From: Eledone cirrhosa
Lineage: Eukaryota
Assembly (NCBI GenBank): GCA_964016885.1
Contig: OZ024742.1
Coordinates: 241,800,001-241,864,000 of the forward strand
DNA: 64,000 bases
Direction: 5' to 3'
Shown here: one piece after another, positions 28,584 to 44,037 of the stretch
How positions within the stretch are numbered: the stretch's first letter is position 1
How the letters are laid out: the number at the start of each line of letters is the position of its first letter
Notes under the pieces: model-generated
Databases searched by the model: none
What the model saw: only the letters and a program-made list of their open reading frames with translations
What the model was told of the DNA's origin: nothing
Made by a program: the position numbers and the translations under genes

Positions 28584-28586
<3 letters not shown>

Positions 28587-28673
<87 letters not shown>

Positions 28674-29125
28674 TCATCGTCGCCATTTTACCTTTTTAAT
28701 TTGATCATTGTTACTTTTTTATTAATTTTAATGTTGTTGTCATTGTTGTTATTGTTATTGTTATTGTATAGTCGTCACTAATCGAGCAGATATATGATCA
28801 AAAGCATTCAAGCCATGACTATAGTGTATATACAATTACATTTTCAACTTATCATTTTTTGTTTCCATTTCTAGAAGATCGAAGAATGGATCATTTAGAA
28901 TTTCCTTCAATCACTTGTTTTAGTTGTATTTGTGGTTAGTGATGCTGGTAGTGGGGAAAGTGTTGGAGAATTTAATGGGGACTGTGGCGTTGGAGATGGT
29001 GACACTGTTTTTGATCTTGTCGGTGGTGAAGGTGATGATGGTGATGATGGTGATGATGGTGATGATGGTGATGATGACTATTGTATGGAGTATATTGCTG
29101 TTGTTTTTGTTGTTGATGCTGTTGC

Positions 29126-29192
<67 letters not shown>
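28587..29192. repeat. (TCA)n/(TCG)n/(GAT)n/(TTG)n triplet tracts
   Basis: Direct triplet repeats. Confidence 0.9.
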
Positions 29193-30344
29193 GAAGATAC
29201 GGTACTGAGAATTTGTTCATGAAATCTACCTATTTATATAGTCAAGTATGACTTTGTAGCATGCACCTTGATTTCGCTAAGGGTTCTAGGTGTCCACTAG
29301 TTCACTAGCACTCACATACAATATCTTGAACCACCCGACCATGGTCCAGCGGAACATATAGGATGCGGACTTAGATCAGAAAATCCCGCAACAAATATCA
29401 AACGCTTTAACAACTGAGCCAAATCGAAGGAGATTTAATATAATAGAATAAGACCCGGAGCTGCAATCCTTGCTTCCCACGCATTTCCAAAATTCAATTT
29501 TTAATTAATTTTAATTAATCAACATTTCGATATGTATCCTTCACCTGTCGTTCTCAACTAAAAATGATTATTCAGCTAATGTTTCTACATAACCATGAAA
29601 TATGTTAGCGCCATTTGATATTTAGATTCGCGTTTTTGTGTCAAACGTAAAATGCCAATTGGTTTCGAATAAAGTTCACTCTAAGCTTCACGGATGCTCG
29701 ACTATGCAGCATACAACTTGCATAGAATAGTTGCGGGTCAGTCGCTTTGAAATGATATCGCACAGTAGATTTGAATTTAAAATATTCTTGTTCAAAGCTT
29801 CAAAAGTTCCTATCATTCGTTAGGAAACATGAGAGAGAACGTCAAATCTCATACATCTGGGTTAGCCTTGTTCATCGTTCGTTTTTATTCTTGAAACCAT
29901 TCCTCAGAATTGTAAACAGTGAAAATTGAATGTCGCAAACGAGCTGTTTTATTCTAAACATGGAGTTTCCCATGTGCTAACAACAGACTTATCATTTTTG
30001 TATCTCTGCCAAAAATATCTTAAATAAATACAATTAAAACAATAATAGAATTAAGTACGTTGACTTCATTCTCAGATTTTTCTAGATTTCAGCAGTTAAG
30101 TAGTTTGTTGCAGTCGTTAGCAGTTATGTAGCAACAACGATAACAGAGATTGTTACCCTGTTGGCAAATAAAGAAACCACTGACAGAAACAATAGAATAA
30201 CGTTGCATCCACATAGATTCTGAGTTCAAATCTAACCAAGGCAAATTTCAAATTTTAGGGTTAATGGAATACGACTCATGTACCTTAGCCGATATAATCG
30301 TCTCACAATTGCTGGGATTTTACGTGAATTAGAAACCACTAAAA

Positions 30345-30777
30345 GCCATGTGGATTAGCTGAGTGATTAAAGCGTTGGACAAGGGTTTGACAGTATTTGC
30401 TCTTATTCTTTACGTTCTAGGTTAAAAAACCGCCGAGGTTAGCGTTACTTTTCATACCTACGGAATGGATGAAAGGAAATACCAGTAACGCACTGATGTC
30501 AATGTATCTCGACGTTTCCTTTCCTTTCAAATTGCTAGCCTTGTGTAAAAAGTAGAAACAATTATTATTATTATTGAAAGGGCGGTGGATTGGCCGTATC
30601 GGTAGAGGTTCGGACGCCGTGCTTTCCAGCATAAAGTTACGTCCCTTTACGGTCTGAGATTAAATCCCGCCGTGGTTAACTTTGCCTTTCATCCTTACGG
30701 GGTCGATAAAATAAAGTACCAGTAATGCACTGGTATTAATTGCTAGCCTTGTGCCATAAATAGAAACAATTATTATT
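30345..30777 (+). mobile_element. Two tandem tRNA SINEs (30345-30575 older variant; 30579-30777)
   Basis: A/B box heads, shared body and (ATT)n tails. Confidence 0.85.
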
Positions 30778-31026
30778 GAAAGTGTTATAGCTGTTTTCAG
30801 TCGAATTTCTAGCTACGAAAGTTTGCTAACTGGCATTGAAAAGTCTCAGTACCTTATGGATGAATCTAACCTCATATAAATCTGTTCCCCCACCAAGACT
30901 ACTTTTACTGGTAAAATCTGCGCTTAGTATTCCTCCCGTTGTTCTGTAGTACCGTAATGCGTGTTTTTCTGTGTGTGTTTAGGAGTGTGCTATGTATTCT
31001 CATACAAACACAACCACACAGGCACA

Positions 31027-31087
<61 letters not shown>

Positions 31088-31110
31088 ACACAAAAAAAAC
31101 AAACAAACAT

Positions 31111-31151
<41 letters not shown>

Positions 31152-32104
31152 AACAAACAAACACACACATAGACACAAATATATATATACATATTGAGAA
31201 AGAGGGAGTGAGAAAGAGAGAGCGAGAGATATGGGTATGTATTTGGATAGATGAACAGAAAAATAGATAGGTAGATAGATAGTCAAGTATATTATTAGAT
31301 AGGTCAGGAGAAAATTGACGGTACAAAATATAGTGTAATTATTACGGGGTAGTGAGGCGAACGTTTATGAAACATGATTATAAAATGTCATTGCAACCGA
31401 TGGTATCTAATAACTGAAGTCTCCCCCAAAACAAAAACAGAAACAAAAACAACACAAAACAAAAGAAGAGAAGAGAAGATATTCTTTATTTGTGTATCTC
31501 GTGGAATATAATGAAATATTTTCCGACCGTGGTTATTTGTACGTGACTCTATAAACAAATAATCATTGATAATACATGACACTGAAAAGAACAAATTTCA
31601 TTATAACACAACTTTAAATGAATCGCCTCCACTTTGTTTGAAATGTCTGATTCCAATAAAACTTGAATTACTCTTAAACTTCTCAAGAATGTGATGGTTT
31701 TCACTCCTATCTTGTCCAGAAATACAATGCAGGTATTATAAGATTCATTGTAGGCTACGTTACAAATGTATTATTATATGGTTTACTAGCGTTCAATTCC
31801 GTCGAAGTACTCTTTGTCATATCCTTTCGAATTCGATAAAGTTTTCTTCAAGTAGAGTACTGGGTGGGGTAGGGGGTAGGATGGGGTTTGGGGTTCGAGA
31901 TAATCGTAATTCATTTTCCTCATATTCCTGGCCATGTGGATAAATTATAAAAGAAAAAACACAGAGAAGACCGTGGTGGATTGGCAGAATTGTGTGGATG
32001 GTACAGATGGTTGAGGTGTAACAATCTCAAGAGCCTCTATGAAGATTAAAAGATTCAAGATAAATCAAATTGTAAGTGGCTCTAAAAGATACAGAGTGGA
32101 TGAG

Positions 32105-32292
32105 TGAGTATCTGACTGATAAAATGACAAGTCAGTCAATCATGTAGGTGATCTCCCCACAGCCCCGGCGGACAGAATGGAGAAGGCGTTTCCCCGGAAG
32201 ACGGCAGGGAAACGCGCTGGAAAAGCCATTCCAGCTCGTGAGATTCACACCTGCGGCTGGCCGGCTCAGCGCCTATGGTGGTGAGTAGGGAG
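32105..32292 (-). mobile_element. CRE-like LINE 3' fragment
   Basis: LTTIGAE.ASRRCES.ELEWLFQRVS matches 56265-56390. The 3'UTR is shared with 38550-38590. Confidence 0.85.
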
Positions 32293-32358
32293 GTAAGAAT
32301 TGTTAGAGGGTCAGGTAAAATGTTTTGCGGCGTTTGTTCAAATCCCACCGAGGATATG

Positions 32359-32437
32359 AAAAGAGTCAGGACCCCGATGGCTGAGTGCCGATCTAGCTGT
32401 CGAAACGGCCGCAGCCCAGGCGTCGGTGTCCTGACTC

Positions 32438-32497
<60 letters not shown>

Positions 32498-32640
32498 GGA
32501 AACTTATATATTTATATATATATATATATATATAGATATATAAATATATAAGTTTCCTATTTTACCTTTCTGTCCCCGAAATGCTGAAGTGGTCGAAACT
32601 TATTACTCGCGGTAACTTGTTTCACCCTCCTCCCTCCTTT
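32359..32640. mobile_element. Diverged relative of the 2448 fold-back element
   Basis: aaagagtcaggac...gtcctgactcttt arms enclose gtcGAAACggc..gcGTC. The tail resembles 2560-2610 and is interrupted by (CA)n/(TA)n. Confidence 0.6.
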
Positions 32641-33336
32641 CAGATTGTCTATGTAGGAGAAGTAAATTTGGAACAGCCTGTCTTAAATTGTTTTACTTTA
32701 CATCACACATATGTTACAGACGTTATAGAAAGAACCATCAACTTAACATAATGTCATTGCCATACCGTATAAAGCTGTGACCTTGTTCCTTTCCTAATTA
32801 CGAATTTGTTTTATGGAGTAATATACATATGCAGAAAGTTTTATTTTAGCAGAAAATGGTTAAGGTTTTTTTTTAGTTAAAATGAGGTTTTTTTTTTTAG
32901 TCAAAATGAATAAATGTCTGGAAACGAAGCACAATATAGTTTCCTTTCTGTTTATTGCAAAGTTTGATTTTGTAAGATACGCCACAATGCTTGAACATAT
33001 TTTATGTAAATCGTAGAAGAGACGATATTTACTACTCATGTAGGCGATCAGTTTGACTAATGACGAAATATACACAGAGTAGGCTTTTTAAACCTCGAAA
33101 TATTACATTGTAGTAGGATGGCAGCTATGAATAGTAATATATAGTGGTACCATCATCCCATTTCTTTTGAATTGTGAAGATTTATTTTCAGACTTTATAA
33201 AAAAAATAAAGTGACGATTGCAATATATTTGCGGGGAACTAATAAAACTTAACGAAATCTAATATAAACAGATACTTGTTTATATAGCCACACAATGTTT
33301 ATATATATTATATATATACACACACACACATATATA

Positions 33337-33422
<86 letters not shown>

Positions 33423-34134
33423 TCTTTATAAATATATATATATATACACACACACACACATATATATATATATGCGTGTGAGTGTGTGTGTGTGTGAGTG
33501 AGTGTGTATGTGTGTGTATATAATATTTTCATACATATATGTGCGTTAGTATGAGTATGTGTGTAAGATTGCTCATAGTATGTACGAATGTATGTTAGCA
33601 CGTATGTACATAACTATATCTCTCTGTTTACATGGCTGTTGGAGCGTGTGTATTTAATTCATTAAAATAACATTATCGGAATCAATAAAAAGAATTAGCA
33701 CGTTTGATAACATTCCCTGAACCTACCACAACGCACCGTATCAACTATTAGGGTTTAGAGTTCAGGCAATGCATCGTTCTATTCATAGTTTTATGTTGTA
33801 TGATTCGGTCGTTTCATAAAGCCTCCATGCATGCAGATTTAGCTATGTTGTTTCATTTTAACTCTTTCTCAAAATCTACAGTATTTTCCACTTCCCCGAT
33901 ATCAATCTAGAGCTCCATATTATTTTAAATCAAACCAAACAATGATGGAGCATGTAAGCGTTACTCATTATCATCCGGGAGCCTCAGCCGAAATCGACTC
34001 AACAATTGATCTCCACGTGGGTCTGTCGTTCATTGCCGTTGCCAAATCCTAGATTTGAATGCTAGAATCTCTGGAGATGACATCGGATAGCGTTACTAGA
34101 CTTGTTAGGAGAGAAACCCCATAATAGTTGGGCA

Positions 34135-34690
34135 TTCTTCTTCTTCTTCTTCTTCTTCTTCTTCTTCTTCTTCTTCTTTCAGCAGTTCTTATCAGAAGCA
34201 GCTGTCTCCAATTGATCCGGTTGCATTCCCCAACGAGGCCAGCGAATCTCATGGATGTTTACCAAGCTCGTAGTCTACCCTTGGCTCTCCCGCCTGCTTG
34301 TCTTGCCCCGTAAAACCTGTCCAGTGATTCTTTCCTGAAACATTCTATCCACATACTCATAATGACGGAGAAGCGATATCTCAATTTGGAGAAGCGATAT
34401 CTCAATTTGGAGAAGTAACGGCTCTACATGGAGCGATTCTCTGATCTCCGAGTTAGGTATTCTATCGAGTAACGTTACTCCAAAAATTCCATTTCGGCCG
34501 CTTGTATTCACGATCGTATTCTTTCGATCGTTATCCAAGATTCACAACCATAAGTAACAGTTGGCACGCATACCGATTTGAACGTAGTGAGTTTGGCTTT
34601 TATACCTATCTGCCTTCTGATGATCGAATGCTGTAGCTGGAGCATTACTACAATTCTTATATTTAATTCAGTCTCTTACCTTCCATGACA
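34135..34690 (-). mobile_element. RTE-clade LINE 3' fragment with (AAG)n tail
   Basis: YGCESW...QAAEMEFL..GVTLLDRIPNSEIRESLHVEPLL...HYEYVDRM. Short tandem-repeat tail. Confidence 0.8.
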
Positions 34691-34816
34691 CTTTACATTT
34701 TCATTATGTTAATATTAGATATTTACCTTTTAGTATTTGTAGCTTTGTAGCATCATTAATACTTTTGCTATTTTGTGAATATATAAATTATAAAGTATTC
34801 CTTTGCTTTTTTGCAG

Positions 34817-34874
34817 TTCCATGGGATTCAGGGAATACGTACGTTAAACCACATGGACCACAGACATCCTATGG
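34817..34874 (+). other. Candidate 58-nt host exon
   Basis: ctttgcttttttgcag acceptor and GG|gtaagt donor around non-repetitive sequence with two stop-free frames. Confidence 0.4.
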
Positions 34875-37750
34875 GTAAGTGCATTTGTTTTAGCTTTTAC
34901 GATTTTGCAGAGAAATTACGAAAAAGAAATAAAGGTAAACTATATATTTACACAAACACACAGGATGATTGATATAAAGACAGTGTTTGGAACTGATAAA
35001 CTTGCTTAGCCACCAATATTTATTCAGAAAACGAAAATGATATCCAATTTACACGTACATAGAAATTAACATATTGCACATTTGTCGTGGCTATCATGTA
35101 TAATGTAACGCAAATATATTTGTTGATTGGTGGGTTGGTGAAATATGAAATTAGTTTTCAAACAAGAATGGTTTATTAAACTGAAAGATAAAAAACATTA
35201 ATTTACAGCAATGGACACTAATCCTTTTACGTAGAACACATTTCGAATTTTATAATATTTTAATTTAGTTTGTTTTTATATCATTAGAGCAAAGAAAGGA
35301 TAAAATAACTTCAATTGAATTTGCTATCTTTACCCTATTTCTCACATTTGAAATTTATTAGTCTGAAAAATATCAATTTTAAACATTGCTTTTTACATTA
35401 TATCATCTTCCAATAAATGTTTGATAAACAATTTTAATAGCGTGAATGAGATACAAGGTATCAGATCATTGGGAATTACCTTTTAAAAAATTATTTAACC
35501 CAGGAGATACATCATTTGATGGTTTCACAGCAAATAAAAACAAACAAAGACACAAATGCCTGATATTTAGATTCAATTGAATAATTTGGGGCATTTTAGT
35601 TGGTTAAATTTCAGCTATCATTTGGAATTAGATTTGTTCTCACAATATCAAAACCGTAGATGTATGCTGCATTTCTTCTAAATATCTGCATATACATAAA
35701 TATTTTCCGTTTTCTCTTCATTCGAATGAATACTGTATAACTATTCTGCTCGGCAAAATAAATGATTTATATGCAAACCGATGATCCAGGAATTATTTCC
35801 CGTCAACTAGAGTATTGCATCTATTTGTAATTCTGTTTCTTACTTACCGCACTTTCCACTAATTTCCAACGTATAATGGTTCAAACATTGTCAGTCATAT
35901 CTGTTCTTTAGGGACAAATATCAACATCCCTTAAGATCAAACACCAAAGGAAAGGTAGTTTGATATGATTATAAGACCAAATTATACTCTTTACATTAAC
36001 TAAGCTGAACCAAAGAATAAAACTTACTAAATGGTATCTACGAAAACCTTTTTGTTAATTTAATTATATTATTTGATATATATTAATAATGTAGGTGAAC
36101 ATAAAGACACTTCGTAAAACAAACATTCGTCCATTAATAGTACAAAGATAGATAAGAAAACAGTGAGCGTTTTAAATACGCAGTTAATATGAAGCCTATT
36201 ATATTAATATAAATAGTGACAGTATATAAAAACACAATTATATTTATTTTCGCATTCTCACAGTTGTGTCACACTACGAACATTCCACAGGTTTTACACG
36301 AATGTTTTTTCCCAATACTTTGGTTTGAGTTCCTACAAACAGTTTGTCCGTAGGATCCCTTTAACACATCATGAAATTAGCATGCATATATCGCTCACGC
36401 ACGCACATATATACGCACTCACACATACATATATTCTTACAGATATATGTATTAACGAGTATGTATATATGTATGTTTATCCATATCTACGGAAACATTC
36501 ATCTAACGCTCCAAATAAAGGACCAGAACAGTTTTACTGCTATTTGTTTTTCTACATACTATGAAGGCGCCAATAAATTGGTATCACACAGTTATTGTCA
36601 AATAAATGATGACACCAGCGGGGGAAATTTTCCATATCGTTTTATAGTTTTATATGGGAAATTACTAATATATCGTGTGTTGCACATTGTTGCTATTGGA
36701 CATTTTATATAAACAAACATTTTAACGAACAGACAATATATGTAGTCAATATTGTGGAAATACTGTGGAATGCCCAAGTTAAAATGTTGCAGAAGAATGA
36801 GGTGTATATTCTTTCTCTATTTACTCTGTTTAAAATTATAACGTTTAAGAAATCTGAATTAAAAATTAATAAACTATCATTGTAAAATATATATAATACT
36901 GATAGACGTATGTAGATAACACGAAATAATATAATCAACTAGTATAACACAACTCATAACAGAATTTCAATGTTCAAGCATGAATAGAGGTTTACAAAGA
37001 AAGTATATCTTAGTAGGATTACATTTGGTTTAGATTGTGTGCTAAACAGAACACGGATAAGCAATTGTGTAAGACACTATACGTATCTATAGTGACAGAT
37101 TCATTATTCTGAACCAGTAAAGTATGATTGAGCAAGAAACACATTTCCGGAAGTTTGCTGTCCACAACGAAGAGAAAAGGATTAGCAAAGAATAAAACGG
37201 TTGAAATTAAGATAGACATTTGTTTTGGATGAGTTGAACTACTCCTGAAGAATTAGTATATACAGAAATATATGAGAAATGCGCATGGATATCATGCCAA
37301 TATTCTTCTTTTAATAAAGTTAATGAATTACCTTTGCTAGATTTGTAGTTAATTCCACAACAGTTCTGACCACCGAAGCTGCTACGTAGAAATATTCGAT
37401 TGAAGCCATATTGACGTAGTGGCTTAAACCGCATCTAATAAAGATCATGTTGTCTCCTATATAAAGGGTATATGCATTGACACCTTGTTACGGTTCATAT
37501 AAACAGTCTTTATAAATATGCTAACTTCTCTTAAGGATTTGATATGTGATGCAAACTACCTTAATCCTAATAATAATTTCTAACTAATACAATATTACTT
37601 TTATTCAATTATAAATATTTTCTATAACGGAAGACAAACTGTGCAAATATTAAAAAAAAACAAATATTATAACGGATATGAGTCAAAATACTCTAAATAA
37701 TGAATGATGTTAAAGATTTTTTGAGAGAGAGCGAAAGAGAGAGAGAGAGT

Positions 37751-37828
<78 letters not shown>

Positions 37829-38013
37829 AAGAAGGGATTGGATTCATTCTTAGTATCCTTAGTTATTTCATTGATACAGGAAAGATGAAAGGCATAGCTA
37901 GTATGATATCATTAGGTATATCGTAAGATCATTTTCTCCTGCGCTCCACCGATATAACATGAAACAGCCAATTGATACAAATGTTATTGAGAAACAGCAA
38001 ATCATATTCTATG

Positions 38014-38053
<40 letters not shown>

Positions 38054-38249
38054 TTAAGACCATATTCAAATCAGAATGCTCAACTGGGGTGGGGCCACAT
38101 CTAAACATTGAACATCTGTACATAGAACAAGCTACGACATCAAAACACGTATGAGATGTGATATGTGCTAAAGCTAGATTGAAAAAAAGACAAATTAAGA
38201 CGGAAATCATTAGGTTAAATGTAAACAATGAAAACAATGAATTATAACA

Positions 38250-38595
38250 GAATCTCCAGCCGCAACCTGGTGCAGGCTGCGACTAACCCAGGTTCTGCTG
38301 CACGTCGGGCTGAGGAGGCCAAACTCTTCAAATACCGGTCGCTCTCCGACAGGTTTGCGGTTGTACCCTTAGCAGTGGAGACTTCTGGTATCCTCGGCCC
38401 TAGGGCCTACCTTCTTACTCACCACCATAGGCGCTGAGCTGGCCAGCCGCAGGTGTGAGCTCCACGAGTTGGAATGGCTTTCCCAGCGCGTCTCCCTTGC
38501 CGTCCTCCGGGGAAACGCCTTCTTTATTCTGTCCGCCGGAGCTATGGGGAGACCACCAAGGATTGACTGACTTGTCATTTTATCAGTTAGATGTT
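38250..38595 (+). mobile_element. CRE-like LINE 3' fragment (RLE C-terminus)
   Basis: SRNLVQAATNPGSAARRAEEAKLFKYRSLSDRFAVVPLAVETSGILGP. Closely similar DNA to 56100-56390. Confidence 0.9.
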
Positions 38596-39276
38596 TTTAG
38601 ACGTATACTGTTATTTCTGTTATTGTGATTTTTCTCATCTCTATTACTTTGGAAGACATGACATTTATAGGATGAAGCACAGGAAAGGAGTAAAATAGTA
38701 GGATTGTATTCTATAGAGAAGTCAAGTTAATATTGGAAATTGGGATTCATAAGAAGGGGGAAAATATATAAGAAAGTACCTATAGAATAATTAATTTTAG
38801 CCCCTTTTTTATATAAAAGGAAACCAAGTAACATTCAACCTTACCAAACCATCCTAAAAATAACTCATTTGACAACTTAGTCTACGCTAAATAAATTTAC
38901 AAATACAAATAAAATCTCGATTATTAATACGCGTCGGCAATACAAATTTAGTAATATGGAAGTGTGTAAAAGCAGTAACTGATACACATGGCGTTTTTCT
39001 TAGGGCGTAAAGTACTGTTTCTTGTCTCTCTATCTCTCTTTTTCTATCATTTTTTATACGTGTATGTATATATGTATATGCATGTATGTGTATGTGTTTT
39101 CTTTATATCAAGAACAATACGAATTAAAAACTCAGCAATCAGAAATATATTTATGTATAGTCGATATTTCTACAGTCTTTTAGTACACGAATATTTAAGT
39201 GCACACAACTTTCCCCCCGCCAACACACCATATTGATATCAATTCCTTTCGATATACCAGTTATTATAGTTTAGAC

Positions 39277-39666
39277 CAGCGGTTGCCAACCTTTCGGACC
39301 TCAAGGACCACCAAATTCATGATTTTATATCCCGCTGACCACTAATATGAATTTAAAAAAAAAAAGTTAAATTCATTTGTAAAATAAAGATCAGAGAACT
39401 TCCATTTTATTAAACAATACTGAATGTCATTAAACAATACTGTGTCATATTGTCGATAATATGTGTAAAATTCTTTCATGGATGTTAGTTTAGTGGGGAG
39501 AAACATTTTTTAGTGGTGTTATAAAATATATTACAACCAAATATTATTTTAATTTTATTATTAATAAAATATAAAAATTACAATTAATGTCAACATTTTT
39601 CTGCGGCCCACCAACATTTTCTCTCGGACCACCAATGGCCCACGGACTACCGGTTAGCGACTGATG
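39277..39666. mobile_element. hAT-type MITE
   Basis: Starts cagcggttgccaacc and ends ggttagcgactgatg. 8-bp TSD gtttagac/gtttaggc. Confidence 0.7.
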
Positions 39667-41199
39667 GTTTAGGCTCAGCGCTGACTAAACAAACCTATGC
39701 TGAAATCATTCTAGATGTGACAATCTTGTTCTTTTACTCTTTTTGTATATCAGGTAATATATTGCCTATTAAAACAAATATACACATGTAAGCTTTAGTT
39801 GTTACTTGTAGTATTATCGAGAGAGGTTTCTTCATTGATCTGGTGATATGGTGATTAAGATCTAATTACAAAACAAATATGGATGAGTTTATAGGATTAG
39901 ACTAAGGAAAAATACGTTCTTATTCGGAATGAATTTTTTTATTCATTTAAAAAAAAATTTGTTTTTAGAATTTAGACGCGGAAAAAAAAATGTTTTTTCT
40001 TATTTTCATAGTTTTTACAGTTTTTCTTCAAATTTATTTGTTACATTTAGTTCAGTTTTTAAAAACGATTCTGGAATAATTTCCTCGTAATTGTTCTTCA
40101 TATCTATCTAATTACAAAGTTCACGATACCACTGGTTTCACACGATCCAATTAACAAAGAAAACATTTTGAAAAATATATATCCTATTCTGTCGCTCTAT
40201 TTTTGATCATTGCTACATTAAAAAAATGTTCTATATTTCGTCGTTAATTTTTTTATTTTGTTTACCTAGACGTTATCTGTTTCACTCATTCAGTTACTCT
40301 TTCTCTGTTTCGTTCATTTATTCTTTCTCTCACTAATTTTATTCCCTTTCCTTACCTTCATTTAATTTAGCAGCTTTTTCTCTCTTCCGTATTATTGTTA
40401 TTATTAGTAGTATTATTTTAAAATATCATTTCATTTTGTTTCTTTCCTAATATTTTTATTGCTGTTACTTTTCTGTTTCATATATTTTAACTTGAAATGA
40501 TTGGATTTACTTTTTGCATCTTTTTTTCTCATCTTTTTTTTTTATATTACTCGCTTTCTTTGCTTGTTATCTTCCTCTTCTCCAAAACACTGCTTTCTTA
40601 TTCAGTCGACACCTCGTTTAACTCCCTCTCTTCCTCCTCACTCTCTCAATTACTAACTTAGTTTTGCTTTCCTTTTTTCCGGTTTCACCTGTGTTTTATC
40701 ACACAATCTACTTTTATCACTGTTATTCATATATTTTCTCAGTTTGTTTTCGAAACATTCTGGACATTGTTCTTGTCTCTTGAACTTATTTTTGATATTT
40801 CTTTATCAAACAATTTTCCTCTGAGTTGAGACATAATTTCAATAGACACGACTTTAAAACTGATTTCCAAAACATTTCCTATGATGTTATTATTTTTTGT
40901 GTGTCATTAAATAATTTTAGAGCATCCCAAGACACATTTCCTCAATTGCCTGTATAGTGATGTGTCAGAATTTTAGAAATATACATTTGTGTGTAAAGTA
41001 TTTTAGTATATGAAAGTATGTGTAATACCATCTGAAGCATGCACAGGCTCACGCACGCGCACGTCCACACGTGTATAATCTACATTTATTTTGATACTCA
41101 TACTTCCCAATGTATTTTCTGTATATATTGCATAGATATTAGATTACATTAATTTAAATCGATTTAATTTTATATTTTTTATGCAGTTACAAATGTCGA

Positions 41200-42620
<1,421 letters not shown>

Positions 42621-42674
42621 CACACACACACACAAATATATATGTATACACCCGCTATATGTATATATATATAT

Positions 42675-43087
42675 ATAATATATAAGATCAAAAGATGGTT
42701 CAATGAGTTCCAGGTATTTTATTATGCGCATTTCAAAAACAAATATCATCATGCAATAACATTTGTGTTTTCATCAGGTAAAATACGAAGACATGATATG
42801 AAGGTTAAAAACACTTGTGGATAGTGCAGTTTTAAATATGTTGATTTAAAACTGCACTATCCACAAGTGTTTTTAACCTTCATATCATGTCTTCCTATTT
42901 TATCTGATGAAAACACAAATGTTATTGCATGATGATATTTGTTTTTGAAATGCGCATAATAAAATACCTGGAACTCATTGAACCATCTTTTGATCTTATA
43001 TATTATGTATACTCCAGTCCTACAAACTGTAGAGTGCTTCTTATCCGATATCTGCATTGCTTTATTGTACTACAATAAAACTCACCT

Positions 43088-43090
<3 letters not shown>
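42675..43090. mobile_element. Fold-back element with a hammerhead in each arm
   Basis: Near-perfect arms 42675-42837 and 42844-43006 with a 6-nt loop, then a tail and (TA)n flanks. Confidence 0.88.
42896..42966 (+). ncRNA. Type I hammerhead ribozyme, intact (mirror copy 42715-42785 on minus)
   Basis: UAUUUUAU-CUGAUGA-AAAC-ACAAAUGUUAUU-GCAU-GAUGAUAUUUGU-UUUU-GAAA-UGCGC-AUA-AUAAAAUA. Stem III is palindromic. Confidence 0.85.
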
Positions 43091-43185
<95 letters not shown>

Positions 43186-43652
43186 CGGTAATCTTCTTCC
43201 TCATTTTTTAATCAGTTTGAGAATTTCTTTAGGACTGCTAGAATAGCAACCTGGCAGCTACCTCAACCACTGATGGTGATTATCGCTAGATACTGATGTT
43301 GATTTGATTATCAATATTAGTATTATTGGGCACCCACTGAAGAATTATCAGTGCCCACTTGAATAAGTATCTGTTGATCTTATACAAGCTTCTACATAAA
43401 TTGGTATAATTTCACCCAAATTGTAGGAATCTTATAATGAAACGAGACGTCCGTCTGGGAAGAGATATAATCGATATATCTCATATGAAATAATACAGCC
43501 AATTTTCCACACAATACAATTAGTTAGCACCCCGAACGTTTAATTTTGAATATACTCACTTATTTCCTAATGTTCGTTGAGTGAGTTGGGATTTGGCCGA
43601 AGTATCGCTAAAAGCTTTCTCCGATAATGTATTTATTTATTTATTTATTTAT

Positions 43653-43697
<45 letters not shown>

Positions 43698-44037
43698 GAA
43701 GAAAGAGAATATAGGATGGAGGAAAAAAGAATGGATGAAAGCGAACAGAAACTGCTGGGGGTTCAGATCCGATGAGCATATTTTATTGTTTGTGATCTGT
43801 TCACTTTCATCCATTCTTTTTCCTCCTTCCTATTATCTCTTTCTTCCTTCAAGTCAACTCACATCGAGCCGCTGATCTCTGTCCTTCGGGGTAATATTTT
43901 ACCCAACGCCGCTTCGACGGTATTTTGCTATTCTAACAGCGTCCATACGCCGAGTTTTCCCATTTTTCTGAGAATTCTAATACACTCGCGTCTCAAAACT
44001 CTATTTTCGAGTTAATTTGTTTATATCTATATCTATA

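Noticed and set aside
31861-31893. G-quadruplex-like G runs
   Set aside because: It lies in the variable G-rich segment of a decayed SINE, with no evidence of function.
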